The notes: generated by a model not told the origin, from the sequence alone. 64,000 nt of DNA from the human T2T-CHM13v2.0 reference genome, Homo sapiens (GCF_009914755.1 NC_060934.1), one strand, 5' to 3'; shown: positions 25,649 to 39,062, numbered from the stretch's first letter. Numbers and translations: made by a program.

Positions 25649-25786
25649 CATGAACAGGGCTATAGCTTGGGAGGCTGCTGCACCGGGTACTGGGGGCACA
25701 GCTGGGGGCATGGACAGGGCTGTGGCTTGGGAGGCTGCTGCACCGGGTACTGGGGCACAGCTGGGGGCATGAACAGGGCCATAGCC
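25649..25786. repeat. Tandem repeat, about 60-bp unit, 2.3 copies
   Basis: CATG(A/G)ACAGGGCT...GCTTGGGAGGCTGCTGCACCGGGTACTGGGGGCACAGCTGGGGG. Confidence 0.9.
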
Positions 25787-25899
25787 AACCATTCTCACCC
25801 TCATGTGCACCTTCCCCATCCCAGCCTCCAAGCCCTGGGGCAGGTGGGAAAATGGGCCCTGCAGGACCCTCCTTCCATCCAGGGTAAGATGTAACTTCC

Positions 25900-26416
25900 T
25901 GACATGGTTTGGCTCTGTGTTCCCACCCAAATCTCATGTAAGATGTAACTCCCTGATATGGTTTGGCTCTATGTCCCCACCCAAATCTCATGCTGAATTG
26001 TCATCCCCAGTGTTGGAGGAGGGTCCTGGTGGGAGGTGACTGGGTCAACGGGGCGGAGATCCCCCTTGCTGTTCTCGTGATAGTGAGTTCTCACGAGATC
26101 AGTGTTGGAGGAGGGTCCTGGTGGGAGGTGACTGGATCATGGGGTGGAGTTCCCCCTTGCTGTTCTCGTGATAGTGAGTTCTCATGAGATCTGGGCGTCT
26201 GAAAGTGTGTGTCACTTCCCCTCCACTCTCTTCTACCTGCTCCAGCCATGAGAACGTGCTGGCCTCCCCTTGGCCTTCCACCATGACTGTAAGTTTCCTG
26301 AGGCCTCCCAGCCAGGCTTCCTGTACAGCCTGCAGAAGTGAGTCCATTAAACCTCTTTTCTTTATAAATTATTACCCAGTCTCAGGTAGTTCTAGCAATG
26401 CGAAAACGGACTAATA
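25900..26416 (+). mobile_element. MaLR solo LTR (MSTA-like) carrying two local tandem duplications
   Basis: Starts TGATATGGTTTGGCTCT.TGTCCCCACCCAAATCTCATG and ends ATTAAACCTCTTTTCTTTATAAATT...CCCAGTCTCAGGTAGTTC...GGACTAATA. Confidence 0.9.
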
Positions 26417-27686
26417 ACCACCATCTCAGGAAACCATGGCCGGCATTCCGGAGCGGCCCCTGCAGTTTCCCTGTGACACTCGCTACACACTTTCTGGGAT
26501 GTGCCCTCACAGGGCCGGTTGCCTGAATGAAGGAACTGTGTGTTTTCAACTGGCCTGAATAAGCCCATCGGGCTTCGCAGGGCAGGGGTTGTTGCCATGG
26601 TTTCCTGTTATGGGTGAGTGTTCTACATGGGCTCCAGACCAAGGGCAGAGCGCACGCATCACGGAGGCCCCATGCACACATGCCACAAATGCACGCTGTG
26701 TAAAGTCTGGTTCAGGAAAAAAAAAAATCCAAGCTAAACCCTGATGATGTTGAGAGAGGGTCACCTGGCTCAGGGACCCTGGAATCAAAGCTGTCCCCAG
26801 AAATAACTGTTCAGGTTGAGGAGACACTGACACGTCCTCCCAGCCACGTTGTCAGGGACAGCAATGGCCTCAGCCTCCGCCTGGCCCCTGGCCCTGCTCA
26901 GCCACTGGGGAATGTACCAAAGCCCACCCCCAGAGTCCGGCCCGGGGTCCTCGCAGGTGTCCGGCTTGGAGACAAGGACACGGCACCACTGAGAGCCAAC
27001 TGCACGGAAGAGGCAGGAGGCCAAGCCGGAGCCAGCGCGAAATCCACCCCTGCGGCCCCTCTGCCTCCACCAGCTCCTGTGTGCCAGGGAATGGGCTCCA
27101 CCCCAAGCCCCAGCGCCCTCCCATACCCTCCCACCGGACACACAGGCCCCGGTCTTGGGATGCTGGGCACCGTTGTCGGGTCCTGGGTGTTGCAGGGGGC
27201 TGCTTCCCAGACCCTCACCTTCGGACTGTGTCATTCAAGGGGACTGCTCTGCTTCCTCGGCCCACCTGCAAGCAGGGGCCAGCAGATACCCATGAGGCAC
27301 ACCCCACTATTCTGCACCCAGGGCCCCGTGATCGAGTCTGTGCCCCATGCAGTGCTCATGGATGCCACCAGTGGCCGGGTGGGCATTGCTTCACCACGTG
27401 CCCATCACCACCTGGAGGGGCAGGGAGAGGGGCGAGACAGGGCCCAGTTAAAGCCCACGCCCAACACCACAGTGGCACCTGGGGGCCCCTGGACGTGCCA
27501 AGGCCCAGCAGGAGCACAGGGGACAGGCCGCGAGGTCAGCGCTGCCAGACCCTCCCTCCCAGAACCCCGTCAGGACGCTCATGCGGGCCCCCAGCAGGCC
27601 CCTAGCCCACAGAGCTCTACCTCCGCTCAGTCCAGCCCCTGGGGCTGGGGGAAGCTGTCCGACTGGCATCCCGACCTCCCACAGGC

Positions 27687-27850
27687 CTCAGGGACTACGA
27701 GCTTAGGCCTTGGAGACGATCACTGCTTCCCATGGGGAGGACTCGGGGACTACGAGCTTAGGCCTTGGAGACGATCACTGCTTCCCATGCGGAGGACTCG
27801 GGGACTACGAGCTTAGGCCTTGGAGATGATCACTGCTTCCCATGGGGAGG
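27687..27850. repeat. Tandem repeat, 55-bp unit, 3 copies
   Basis: GGGACTACGAGCTTAGGCCTTGGAGACGATCACTGCTTCCCATG starts at 27691, 27746 and 27801. Confidence 0.93.
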
Positions 27851-28103
27851 CTGTGGAGTTGCCAGGTGGCTGGAGAATCTCCCCGGGGAAGGAATGAGGC
27901 GCCTGGAACTGACAAACGACCTCAGTAAAGTTTCAGGATACAGAACCAACATACAACAATCCACAGCATTTTTATACACCAATAACATTCAAGCTGAGAA
28001 CCAAATCAAGAATACAATCCCATTTACAACAGCCAAAAAATAAAATACAATACCCAGGAATACACCTAACCAAGGAGATGAAAGAGCTCTACAAGGGGAA
28101 CTA

Positions 28104-28470
<367 letters not shown>

Positions 28471-29276
28471 CTAACAGATTGGCAGAATCAATATTGTTAA
28501 AATGGCCATACTGCCCAAAGTAATCTACTGATTCAATGCTCCTCCTATCAAACTACAAAGTCATTTTTCACAGAAACAGGAAAAACTATGCTAAAATTCA
28601 CATGCAACCAAAAATGAGCTCAAATAGCCAAAGCGATCCTAAGAAAAAAGAACAAAGCTGGGGGCATCACATTACTGGACTTCAAACTCTACTACAGGGC
28701 CAAAGTAACCAAAACAGCATGGCACTGGTACAAAAACAGACACATAGACCAATGGAGCAGAATAGAAAACCCCAAATTAAGGCTGCACACCTACAACCAT
28801 CTGATCTTCGACAAAGCTGACAAAATCAAGCAATGGGGAAAGGACTCCCCATTCAATAAATGGTGCTGGGAGAGCCGGCGAGCCACATGAGGAAGAATGA
28901 AGCTGGACTTCTGCTTTTCACCATATACAAAAATTAACTCAAGACAAAGACTGAAATGTAAGACCTCAAACTATAAAAGTTCTAGGAGAAAAGCAGAAAA
29001 CACCCTTCTTGACACCAGCCTTGGAAAGAATTTATGACTAAGTCCTCAAAAGCAATTTCCATAAAAACGAAATGTGACAAGTGGAACCTAATTAAGCTAA
29101 AGAGCTTCTGCACGGCAAGAGAAACCATCAACAGAAGAAACAGAAAACCTACAAACAGGGAGAAAATATTCACAAACTACGCATCTGACAAAGTTCTAAT
29201 AACCAGAATCTACAAGGAACTTAAACAACTGAACAAGCAACAAACAAATAAACCTATTAAAAAACGGGTAAGATAC

Positions 29277-29419
29277 AGCTGGGCACAGTGGCTCACGCCT
29301 GTAATCCCAGCACTTTGGGAGGCTGAGGTGTGTGGATCACGAGGTCAGGAGATCACACCACTGTACTCCGGCCTGGTGACAAGAGTGAGACTCCATCTCA
29401 AAAAAAAAAAAAAAAAAAA
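29277..29419 (+). mobile_element. Internally deleted Alu: left-arm head fused to right-arm tail
   Basis: Junction ...GAGGTCAG-GAGATC-ACACCACTGTACTCC. Near-TSD AAAAAAC(G/A)GGTAA(G/A)ATAC flanks both sides. Confidence 0.9.
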
Positions 29420-30244
29420 CAGGTAAAATACATGAACAGACACTTTTCAACAGCAGATCCAAATGGCCAACAAGCATATGAAAAACATGCCCCACATCAC
29501 TAATCATCAGAGAAATGCAAGTCAAAGCCACAATGAGACACCATCTCACACCAGTCAGGACGACTGTTATTAAAAAGTCATAAAACAACAGATGCTGGCA
29601 AGACTGCAGAGAAAAGAGAACAAACGCTTATACACTATTAGTGGGAATCTAAATTAGTTCAGCCACTGTGGAAAGCAGTTTGAAGATTTCTCAAAAAATA
29701 TAGAACTACCATTTGATCCAGCAATCCCATTATGGGTACGTATCCAAAAGAAAACAAATCGTTCTACCAAAAAGACACGCGCATTCGTGTGTTCATTGTG
29801 GTGCTAATCACAACAGCAATGACGTGAATCAACCCAGGTGCCCATCCACGGTGGACTGGATAAAGAAAACGCAGTACCTATACACCATGGCATATCACAC
29901 AATCGTAAAAAAGAGCAAGATTATGGCCTCTGTGGCAACATGGATGCAGCTGGAGGCCATAATCCTAAGCGACTTAATGCAGGAACAGAAAACTCAATAC
30001 CACATGTCCTCATGTGTAGGTGGGAGCTAACCACTGGGCACACGTGGACATAAAGACAGGAACAATGGACACCGGGACTGCGAGGCAGGGGAGAAGAGGA
30101 GGAGTCAAGGGTTGAAAAACCAGCCACTGGGTACTATGCTCAGTGCTTGGGTGACAGGATCAATTGAACCCCAAACCTCAGCATCACGCAATATACCCAG
30201 GCAACGAACCTGCACCCTCAAATCTAAAATAAAAATTGAGATTA

Positions 30245-30907
<663 letters not shown>

Positions 30908-31705
30908 CAAGATAATTATTTAAGTGGCCCACAATCAGTTGGCTGTAGGCTGCAGCCCCCTGGAGGGACACCTGGTCATCAGGTGGCCCCATGTGGATGG
31001 CATCACATGGTGGGGAAGGTGGTCAGGGCAGAACTGAGCCGCAGGGACCCCTCGAGCTGGGAGTAGGCGTTAGGTGGGCGGGACGCACAGGGAGCTGGGG
31101 ACCTTGAGGAAGAAAGGGACAGAGCTTTGTGCTGCACCCCAGCACTGCTGGCACATCCTGCTGGACAGAGGGGATGGTGAAAGAACGGCCTCAGGGAGAG
31201 GAGGGACCCGGGCCAGGACCCCTCCAGGACCCTCTCCCACCAGGGAGCTGAGGGGCCAGATGCCATCCTGAGGGGTTTGAGCTGATGGGGGGCATGGATG
31301 CAGGGAGGGAGGAGGACTCCCCAAACCAGCACCTAGTGGGGCTCGCATGGGGCACACCCCCACAGGGCCTGTCACCCCAAAGCCAGCGAGGTGGGACCTA
31401 GCAGACAGCACAGTCTTCTTTTTCAAGACGAGTTTCCTCGGTGGGAGGTGGGGGCGGGACAGTCGCTCATGGCAGTTTTCCTTGATGGAAGACGTAAAAA
31501 ATCATGTGAATAAATAGGGCGCTTCATTCTGACTTTCACTTTAGGAAAGACGTTAAACTATGTTAAATTCACAAAAGTTCAAGCCTCATCCATCATACCT
31601 GTATTTTATTTATACTCCGCCTGATGTCAGAGGATTCAGGACAGCCACACATCTTCCTGACCTGCTGCAACATGAGAACAGTAGAAGGTGCGAGCAGCAG
31701 ACATG

Positions 31706-31922
31706 GCCGCAAGGGCGGTGAGGTGGGCTCTGGGGGTGCCTCAAGGGCGGTGAGGTGGGCTCTCGGGGTGCCGCAAGGGCAGTGAGATGGGCTCTGGGGG
31801 AGCTGCCAGGGCGGCGAGGTGGCTCTGGGGGAGCCGCAAGGGCAGTGAGGTGGGCTCTGGGGGAGCTGCCAGGGCGGCGAGGTGGCTCTGGGGGTGCCGC
31901 AAGGGCGGCGAGGTGGGCTCTG
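31706..31922. repeat. G-rich VNTR, about 32-bp unit, about 7 copies
   Basis: GCCGCAAGGGCGGTGAGGTGGGCTCTGGGGGT and variants. Confidence 0.9.
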
Positions 31923-32334
31923 CAGCCACCCGGGGGACACTCTGCTGGGCACTGGCTCTTCTCCTTCGATGACAGCCCCTGCTCCTCCCTGCCACACTCA
32001 GCCCAGGCCTGGCCCATCACAGCGAGGGTGTCCAGGAAGAGCCAGTCCTGGGCTTCTGGAACTAGGGCAGAAGCGACCACCAGAGCTGCAAGGGCAACAC
32101 ACAGCCTGGAGGAGCCTGTGGGGTCCTCACTGCACTCTGGGGCCCTGCCTGGGTGTGAGGAGAGGACACGGTGCAGAGAGACGGAGGGCAGGCCCATCAG
32201 CCCCGCACAGCCCTGGGAGGCCTCTCGCTTTCACGGCTCGGGACAATGTCTTTCCTTCCTGCTGAAGGCTCTGGGTCAGGATTCAGCCGCAGGCAGCCAG
32301 GGCACACACAAGGCAGTAATAAATGGCAAGCAGC

Positions 32335-33133
32335 ACATTAAAGATGGGCAAGAGGCCCAGGCAGATGCTTCACAGACAAGAAGCTCCCGAAGGCCAATGA
32401 GCACAGGAGAGAGGCTGTCCTTAGTCGCCACGGAAACACAAGGAAAACCCAACGCGGGCCCCCTCCATCCCCCCGGACAGCCAGGGAGAGGGACAGCAGC
32501 GAGGCCTGGCAAGGACACCGGGCACCTTGACCCACATGCTAGGGGTTAGGGGGTGCCGTGCACGGCCGCTTGGGAAACTCAGGCAGCATCTTAGTTAAAC
32601 ATACACTTGCTGTGCCACCCGGCAATTCCATTCCTAGCTATTTACACAAAAGGAATGAAACAGACGTCTACCCAAGAATGTGCTTTGCTGCCTTACAACA
32701 GTCAAATACTGGAAATAACCCAAACGTCCATCAAGAGGATAATGAATAAAGAAATTATGTTATATCCATACGATGGAATACCACTAGGGGACTTCTTTTA
32801 AAGGAACAAACTCCCGATCCATAGCCACGTGGATGAATCTCAAAGGTGTTACATTGAGGGAAAGAAGCCAGGTTTACAAGAGCGCGTCGTGCGATTCTGT
32901 TTGTGTGAGTTCAAGAACAGGCTGGACGGATCCACAGTGAGAAGCACAGGTTTGTCTCTGGGGGTAGGAAGGGGATGCTTGGAAAAGAGCCCAGAGAACT
33001 TTCCAGAAGGAGGGCAACGTTCTCTGTCTCCATGGGGGGTCTTGGTTACACAGGTGTGCCCATCTGTCAAAACATCAATCTGCATACTCACATCTGTGCC
33101 CTTGACTGTAATTATACCTCAATACAAATAAAT
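32335..33133 (+). mobile_element. Ancient L1ME-type ORF2 end and 3' UTR
   Basis: GCAATTCCATTCCTAGCTATTTAC, CTGGAAATAACCCAAACGTCCATCAA, TGGATGAATCTCAAA and terminal TTATACCTCAATA. Confidence 0.78.
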
Positions 33134-33199
33134 AGATCATCTAGATCAGGGACATTCTGTAGTGGAAGCGTTTTAGGCATCTTATCTGAATTTCAGGAA

Positions 33200-33265
33200 A
33201 TGGGTGTTTACCTTTGGCAGCAGGAAACTGAGGCTCACTGAGGTTACATGGCCTGCCCACGCCAA
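33200..33265. mobile_element. MIR core fragment
   Basis: GGAAACTGAGGCTCACTGAGGTTACATGGCCTGCCCA. Confidence 0.55.
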
Positions 33266-33978
33266 GGAGCCCTCAATTTGTCTCCAGGACAACCCCGAGC
33301 CCTGGGGGAGGAACGAGCCAGGGCTGGAGGGGAGGAAGGAACGCGGGCGTGGGTGGGGGAGGCGCTGGGCAAGGGAGGCTAGCTCCATGGGGTGGAAGGA
33401 GTGGATCACAAATGCTCTCGGGGAGGAGGGCACTGGAGGGGGCTCCACCGGTGGGGCGGGGGGACTCCAAGGAGAGCATCACACAAGCAGGACCTGGGGG
33501 CAGCTCGAGGTCAGAACAACAGGACTTCTCAGCCAGCCTTGAGGCATGGAGTGACAATGGACACTGGGGGTGGGGAGGGCTGCGAGGACGAGGCCGCAGA
33601 GGAACTGCAGCTCCAACCCCAACAACCACCGTGAGTGTTGGGAGCTCGGCCGTCACTGAGCGGGCAGCCCCCGCCCACCCCGCTGCAGTGGGGAGACCCA
33701 AAGCTGGGTCAGAAGCCGGAGCAGCCCCTTCCAGCCTGTCCTCAGGCTTCCCCGGCCCTGCTCCCCGCATGGTTTCTCTGACCTGTGACACGTGGGCCCT
33801 GGGCTCAGTCCAGGCAGTGAGCCAGCTGCAGTAGCAGCCCCTTTAGAAGCAGCAAGCCCAGTGTGGGGTGCAGGTCTCCTTTTGGGGTCCCTTGAAACCT
33901 GGCCAAAATGCGAGAAGTCTGCACAGCCCAGCATTCACTTGTATTCTGGAGGCCTGGAATACACCTCAGATCACACCT

Positions 33979-35910
33979 ATGTGTGCGTGTGCCTGTGGGT
34001 GTAGCTCTGCACATGTGAATGTGCATGTGTGTCTGTATGCATGTGCATGTATGTTTCTGGGGCTACAGTTCTGTGCATGTGTGTCAGTGCGTGTGCATGC
34101 ATGTGTATGTGGGTTCAGCTCTATGCCTGTCTGTGTGCATGCATGTCCCACATCGTGTGTGTGTCAGTGTGTGTGCATGCATGTTCAGCTCTATGCCTGT
34201 GTGCATGCAAGTCCCACATCGTGTGTGTGTCAGTGCATGTGCATGCATGTGTATGCATGTTCAGCTCTATGCCTGTCTGTGTGCATGCATGTCCCACATC
34301 ATGTGTGTGTGTGTCGGTGTGTGTGCATGCATGTGCATGCAGGTTCAGCTCTATGTCTATGTGCATGCATGTCCCACATCGTGTGTGTGTGTGTCGGTGC
34401 GTGTGCATGCATGTGCATGCAGGTTCAGCTCTATGCCTGTGTGCATGCATGTCCCACATCGTGTGTGTGTGTGTCGGTGCGTGTGCATGCATGTGTATGC
34501 AGGTTCAGCTCTATGCCTGTCTGTGTGCATGCATGTCCCACATCGTGTGTGTGTGTGTCAGTGCGTGTGCATGCATATGCATGCAGGTTCAGCTCTATGC
34601 CTGTCTGTGTGCATGCATGTCCCACATCGTGTGTGTGTGTGTGTGTCGGTGTGTGTGCATGCATGTGTATGCATGTTCGGCTCTATGCCTGTCTGTGTGC
34701 CCACATGTCCCACGTCGTGTGTGTGTGTGTCGGTGTGTGTGCATGCCTGTGTATGCAGGTGCAGCTGTGCCTGCGTGCATGCGTCACATTGTGTGTGTGT
34801 GTGTCGGTGTGTGTGCATGCATGTGTATGCAGGTTCAGCTCTATGCCTGTGTGCATGCATGTCCCACATCGTGTGTGTGTGTGTGTGTCGGTGTGTGTGC
34901 ATGCATGTGTATGCAGGTTCAGCTCTATGCCTGTGTGCATGCATGTCTCTCACATTGTGTATGTGTGTCGGTGTGTGTGCATGCATGTGTATGCGGGTTC
35001 AGCTCTATGCCTGTCTGTGTGCATGCATGTCCCACATCGTGTGTGTGTCAGTGTGTGTGCATGCATGTGTATGCAGGTGCAGCTCTATGCCTGTGTGCAT
35101 GCATGTCCCACATCGTGTGTGTGTGTCGGTGTGTGTGCATGCCTGTGTATGCAGGTGCAGCTGTGCCTGTGTGCATGCGTCACATTGTGTGTGTGTGTGT
35201 GTGTGTGCCTGCGTGTGTACATGCATGTGTATGCAGGTTCAGCTCTATGCCTGTGTGCATGCATGTCCCACATTGTGTGTGTGTGTGTCGGTGTGTGTGC
35301 ATGCATGTGTATGCAGGTTCAGCTCTATGCCTGTCTGTGCGCATGCATGTCTCACATCGTGTGTGTGTGTGTCAGTGTGTGTGCATGCCTGTGTATGCAG
35401 GTTCAGCTCTATGCCTGTCTGTGTGCATCCATGTCCCACATCGTGTGTGTGTGTGTCGGTGTGTGTGCATGCATGTGTATGCAGGTGCAGCTCTATGCCT
35501 GTGTGCATGCATGTCCCACATCGTGTGTATGTGTGTCGGTGTGTGTGCATGCATGTGCATGCAGGTTCAGCTCTATGCCTGTGTGCATGCATGTCTCACA
35601 TCGTGTGTGTGTGTGTGTCGGTGTGTGTGCATGCCTGTGTATGCAGGTTCAGCTCTATGCCTGTGTGCACGCATGTCCCACATCGTGTGTGTGTGTCGGT
35701 GTGTGCATGCATGTGTATGCAGGTGCAGCTGTGCCTGCGTGCGTCACATCGTGTGTGTGTGTGCCTGCGTGTGTACATGCACGTGTCTGTTGGTTCACGT
35801 TGCATCGTGTGTGCATGTGTCACATCGTGTGTGTGTCTGTGTGTGCATGCATGTGCCTGTGGGTGCAGCTCTGTGCATGTGTCTGTGTCTCCGTGCATGT
35901 GTGTGCACAC
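33979..35910. repeat. Large (TG)n/TGCA-rich minisatellite, about 80-bp unit, more than 20 copies
   Basis: Unit at 34361-34440 is GTGCATGCATGTCCCACATC(GT)nCGGTGCGTGTGCATGCATGTGCATGCAGGTTCAGCTCTATGCCTGT, with variable GT run length. Confidence 0.96.
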
Positions 35911-36804
35911 GGTGGTATGCACAGGGTGCTGCACAGGGTCTCTTCAAGTGAGCTGATTACGTGCCTGGCCTCATCTGACCGACACATGGTGCCTGGAGCC
36001 TGGAAAATCTGCTGCTGAGCTGCAGGACTGAGATGCAGCCTGGATTCCACTGGCCGCACCGGATCTTCCCCTGAGCTCAGGGCTGCCTCCCAGCCCTGCT
36101 GGCTGCTGCAGGAGGACCTGGGGAAAGTGTGTGGCAGCAAGCTGCAGCCTCACAGCCATTTATCACCATCACTGCTCTGCTAAGAGCCAGCGCCTCTGGG
36201 CTGGCTGCTGATGGATTGATTTTCCCCAAGGGCAGGAAGGCTGCTCGGGGCTAACAGCTAGTGGATGGTCTTATTTTCCAAACCTGAGCTTATGAGACAG
36301 ACCCCAGGCTGTCGCCCAACCACATCCACCTGGGAGCATTCCAGACCCTTGCCTCGCCTTGCAAAAGGTGGAGGTGGGCCCTGGGGTCCCCTTCAGCCCT
36401 GGCCTCCCCCGAATGCCTGTGGGAGCGCTGACTCCAGCGGCACAGTGGGGGCAGTTCTCCCAAGCCTGAGAGGTTGGTGTTGGGAGGAGGCGTTCAGTGA
36501 GAGTCCCTAGCCTGCCACGGCCATAATAGCTGACACCCACCCAATGGTGGCCTCCCAGCCACGTGGGCCCCGGATGCCTGAGCCAGGCCCCCTGTCCTCC
36601 ACGCCTGACGACCTGAGCCCTCCCCTGACTGCTTTCATGGTCTCTTGAGAACCCTGCAGAGTTTACAAGCTGATGCCTGGTACTGCTGTAGGCCTTGGGA
36701 CAGCGTCCCCTCAACCTGTGGCAGGGGACTGAGGGCAGCAGGGGACCAAGGGCAGCACCCACGTGAGGAGGAGGCCGAGAGAGCCCACCCCACCCCACAC
36801 AGCC

Positions 36805-37226
36805 TGTGGGTGGCTGAACAATGGCTCCAGGGATGTCCAGGCCCCAGTCCCCGGACCTGTGATTCACCTTATGTGGCAAAAAGGATTTGGCAGATGTGAC
36901 TGAGTGAACAATCTTGAGAGGGTGGGACTCCTGAATTATCCAGGTGGGCCCTAACTGCTCACAGCCATCCTTGCAGGGAGACACTGCTACCAGGGAAGGT
37001 GATACCACAAGTGAAGCACGGGCCCACGCCGCTGGCCTTGCAGATGCAGGGGTCATGAGCCATGGCTGCAGGGGAGTGACCTCTGGAAGCTGGAATTGGC
37101 GAGAGCAAACCCTCCACGGCACTTCTGGAGGGCAGGTGGCCCTGCCAGCCTCTGGAACTGAGAGTGAATGTGCACTGTGGGAACCGCAGGGTATGGCCGT
37201 GAGTTACGGCAACCCCAGGACCCAAC
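36805..37226 (+). mobile_element. MaLR solo LTR (MLT1C/D-like)
   Basis: ACCTTATGTGGCAAAAAGGATTTGGCAGATGTGA...GAATTATCCAGGTGGGCCCTAA...CCTCTGGAAGCTGGA...CCAGCCTCTGGAACTG. Confidence 0.75.
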
Positions 37227-38713
37227 ATGGCCTCTTCCCTTGGAGTCCCACGCCTGCTCCCCGGCCTGCCGGATATGAACCCATGGCCTTATTTGCTAGT
37301 GCTGCCTTGCAGAATGGCCTGGGGGTACCAACCAGACACCCCTCCCTCCCTCTGCGTCTGTAACCAGCAGAGAACCCACAGGCAGCCCAAAGAGAACCAC
37401 AGCGAGCCCTGCACATCACCCTGGACTCAGAGCTCCATCCTGGCCACGGTGAGGCTGCGGAGTGGCCCAGGGCTTCTTCCCATCCTGGAGGCATCCATCA
37501 ACACACCTGGTGAGGACCCACCTGTGGCCCAGGGCAGAAGCAGGACCAGAAGGATGCAGCCCCCCTCCAGAGCAACAGCCAATAAGGGTAGGGCAATGGG
37601 GTGGGGCCTCACCTCCCACCAATCAGAGGGGGTGATCTGTCCTAAGGGAGGAGCCAGGGGTGAGACCAAGGGGGTTCTGAACCACAGTCAGATGGGGTGC
37701 AAGGAGGGTGGCACCCCCAAAGTGACTCAAAGACGCAAATGACTAGGGCTCCATTATCAGATAGAAATACAGGGGGTGAGGAGTGTCCTAACCGGGGCCT
37801 TCCATTCAGCAGCCGGCACCCCTGACCCATGGCTGGGGACTGTGGCATCCAGAAGAGTGTCCCTGGGCTCAGGCACTTCCAGCCAGCTTCGGCCTCCACG
37901 TGGCAGTGGCCCATACACCCCATCTGTAAAGCAGGCAGCCCTACAGCAACGGTTCCCAGGCCCCTGGCACTCAGGAAAAAACCAGCACACCTGGCAAGAG
38001 ACCCAGGCAGAGAGCTGCAAGAATAGCATGGAGGGTCAGAACAGAGGCCACGTTCCCAGAGCCCCCAGCTCCTTGTCCCAACAGTGTGGGCCCGTGCTGT
38101 GCCCACGCCCTGCCTCACTGGGCACCTGAGGCTGGCCCCACACCTGGCCTCACACAGAAAGATGTTGTCCCGTCCATTGTGGCCAAATCTGACCCCACAC
38201 ACAGCACTCAGGGTGGGAAGAAGGTGGCCGTGGCGTCAGCATGACACGGTCATGTCCGGCTGGGAGAGCTGGTAAGACCTGCAACCACGGATCCAGCCCC
38301 CACCACTGAAAAACCACGGTGGTGTTTCCCTAAGGTGGCCAAAGCACACATCGGAGTGACCTGGGATCACCCGTTCCTGACCCCAGACTCGCGCCCTCCC
38401 CGACACCCCACACCTACAGAACAAAATTTCCAGGTGTGGGTGGGGATCTGGAGTCTGAGTTTTCCAGAGACTCCTGCGGCCTCCTGGGCACACTGTGCTC
38501 AGAGCCACGGCCCTGCCCCTTCCCAGGCAGCACTGGGGCTGCCTCAGTGACAACACCACTGCTCAGTGCCCGGACGCCCGGACCTCCTCATGTTTGTGTG
38601 TGTGCTGGCGGGGCAAGGCCCCTACCCTGAATGCATGTCTAGCTTCTCTCCAGCTCAGCTGAAATGGGGAAAGGACAGACCAGGTGTGCCTGCAAGCCCC
38701 GGCAGGGTAGGTG

Positions 38714-39062
38714 TGTCATGGGCTGTGCTGTGCCCCCGAAGTCCTAAGCTGAGGCCCTGACCCCTCGTGCCTCCGAGCGTGGCTGTGTGTGGAGATGAGA
38801 TCTTCAAAGAGTTGGTTAAGGTGAAGCAAGGTCACGTGGGTGGGCCCAATCCCACTGGACCGTGTCCTCACAGAAAAGATCAGGACGGAGACACCCACAG
38901 AGGAATGGCCACGTGAGGACGCTGCCCACGAGCCAAGGAGCCAGGCCTCAGAGGCAGCCAACCCTGCCGGCGCGTGGTCTCGGACTTCCAGCCTCCGGAT
39001 CTGTGAGAGTGCAAGCGGCTGTTGTTTACGCCACCCACGAACAACCCGAGCAAATGAATACA
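38714..39062 (+). mobile_element. MaLR solo LTR (MLT1B-like)
   Basis: TG...CA termini. Internal GGCCACGTGAGGAC, GAGCCAAGGAG.CAGGCCTCAGAGG, TCTCGGACTTCCAGCCTCC...TGTGAGA. Confidence 0.8.

Noticed and set aside
30950-30970. CAGCCCCCTGGAGGG as a CTCF site
   Set aside because: It is a partial match, and such matches are common by chance in GC-rich DNA. It cannot be supported without a PWM score or ChIP data.
33868-36018. 640-716 aa Cys-rich ORFs as a metallothionein- or keratin-associated-like gene
   Set aside because: They lie wholly within a TG/TGCA minisatellite and all three frames are open, which points to base composition rather than coding selection. There is no promoter or splice support.
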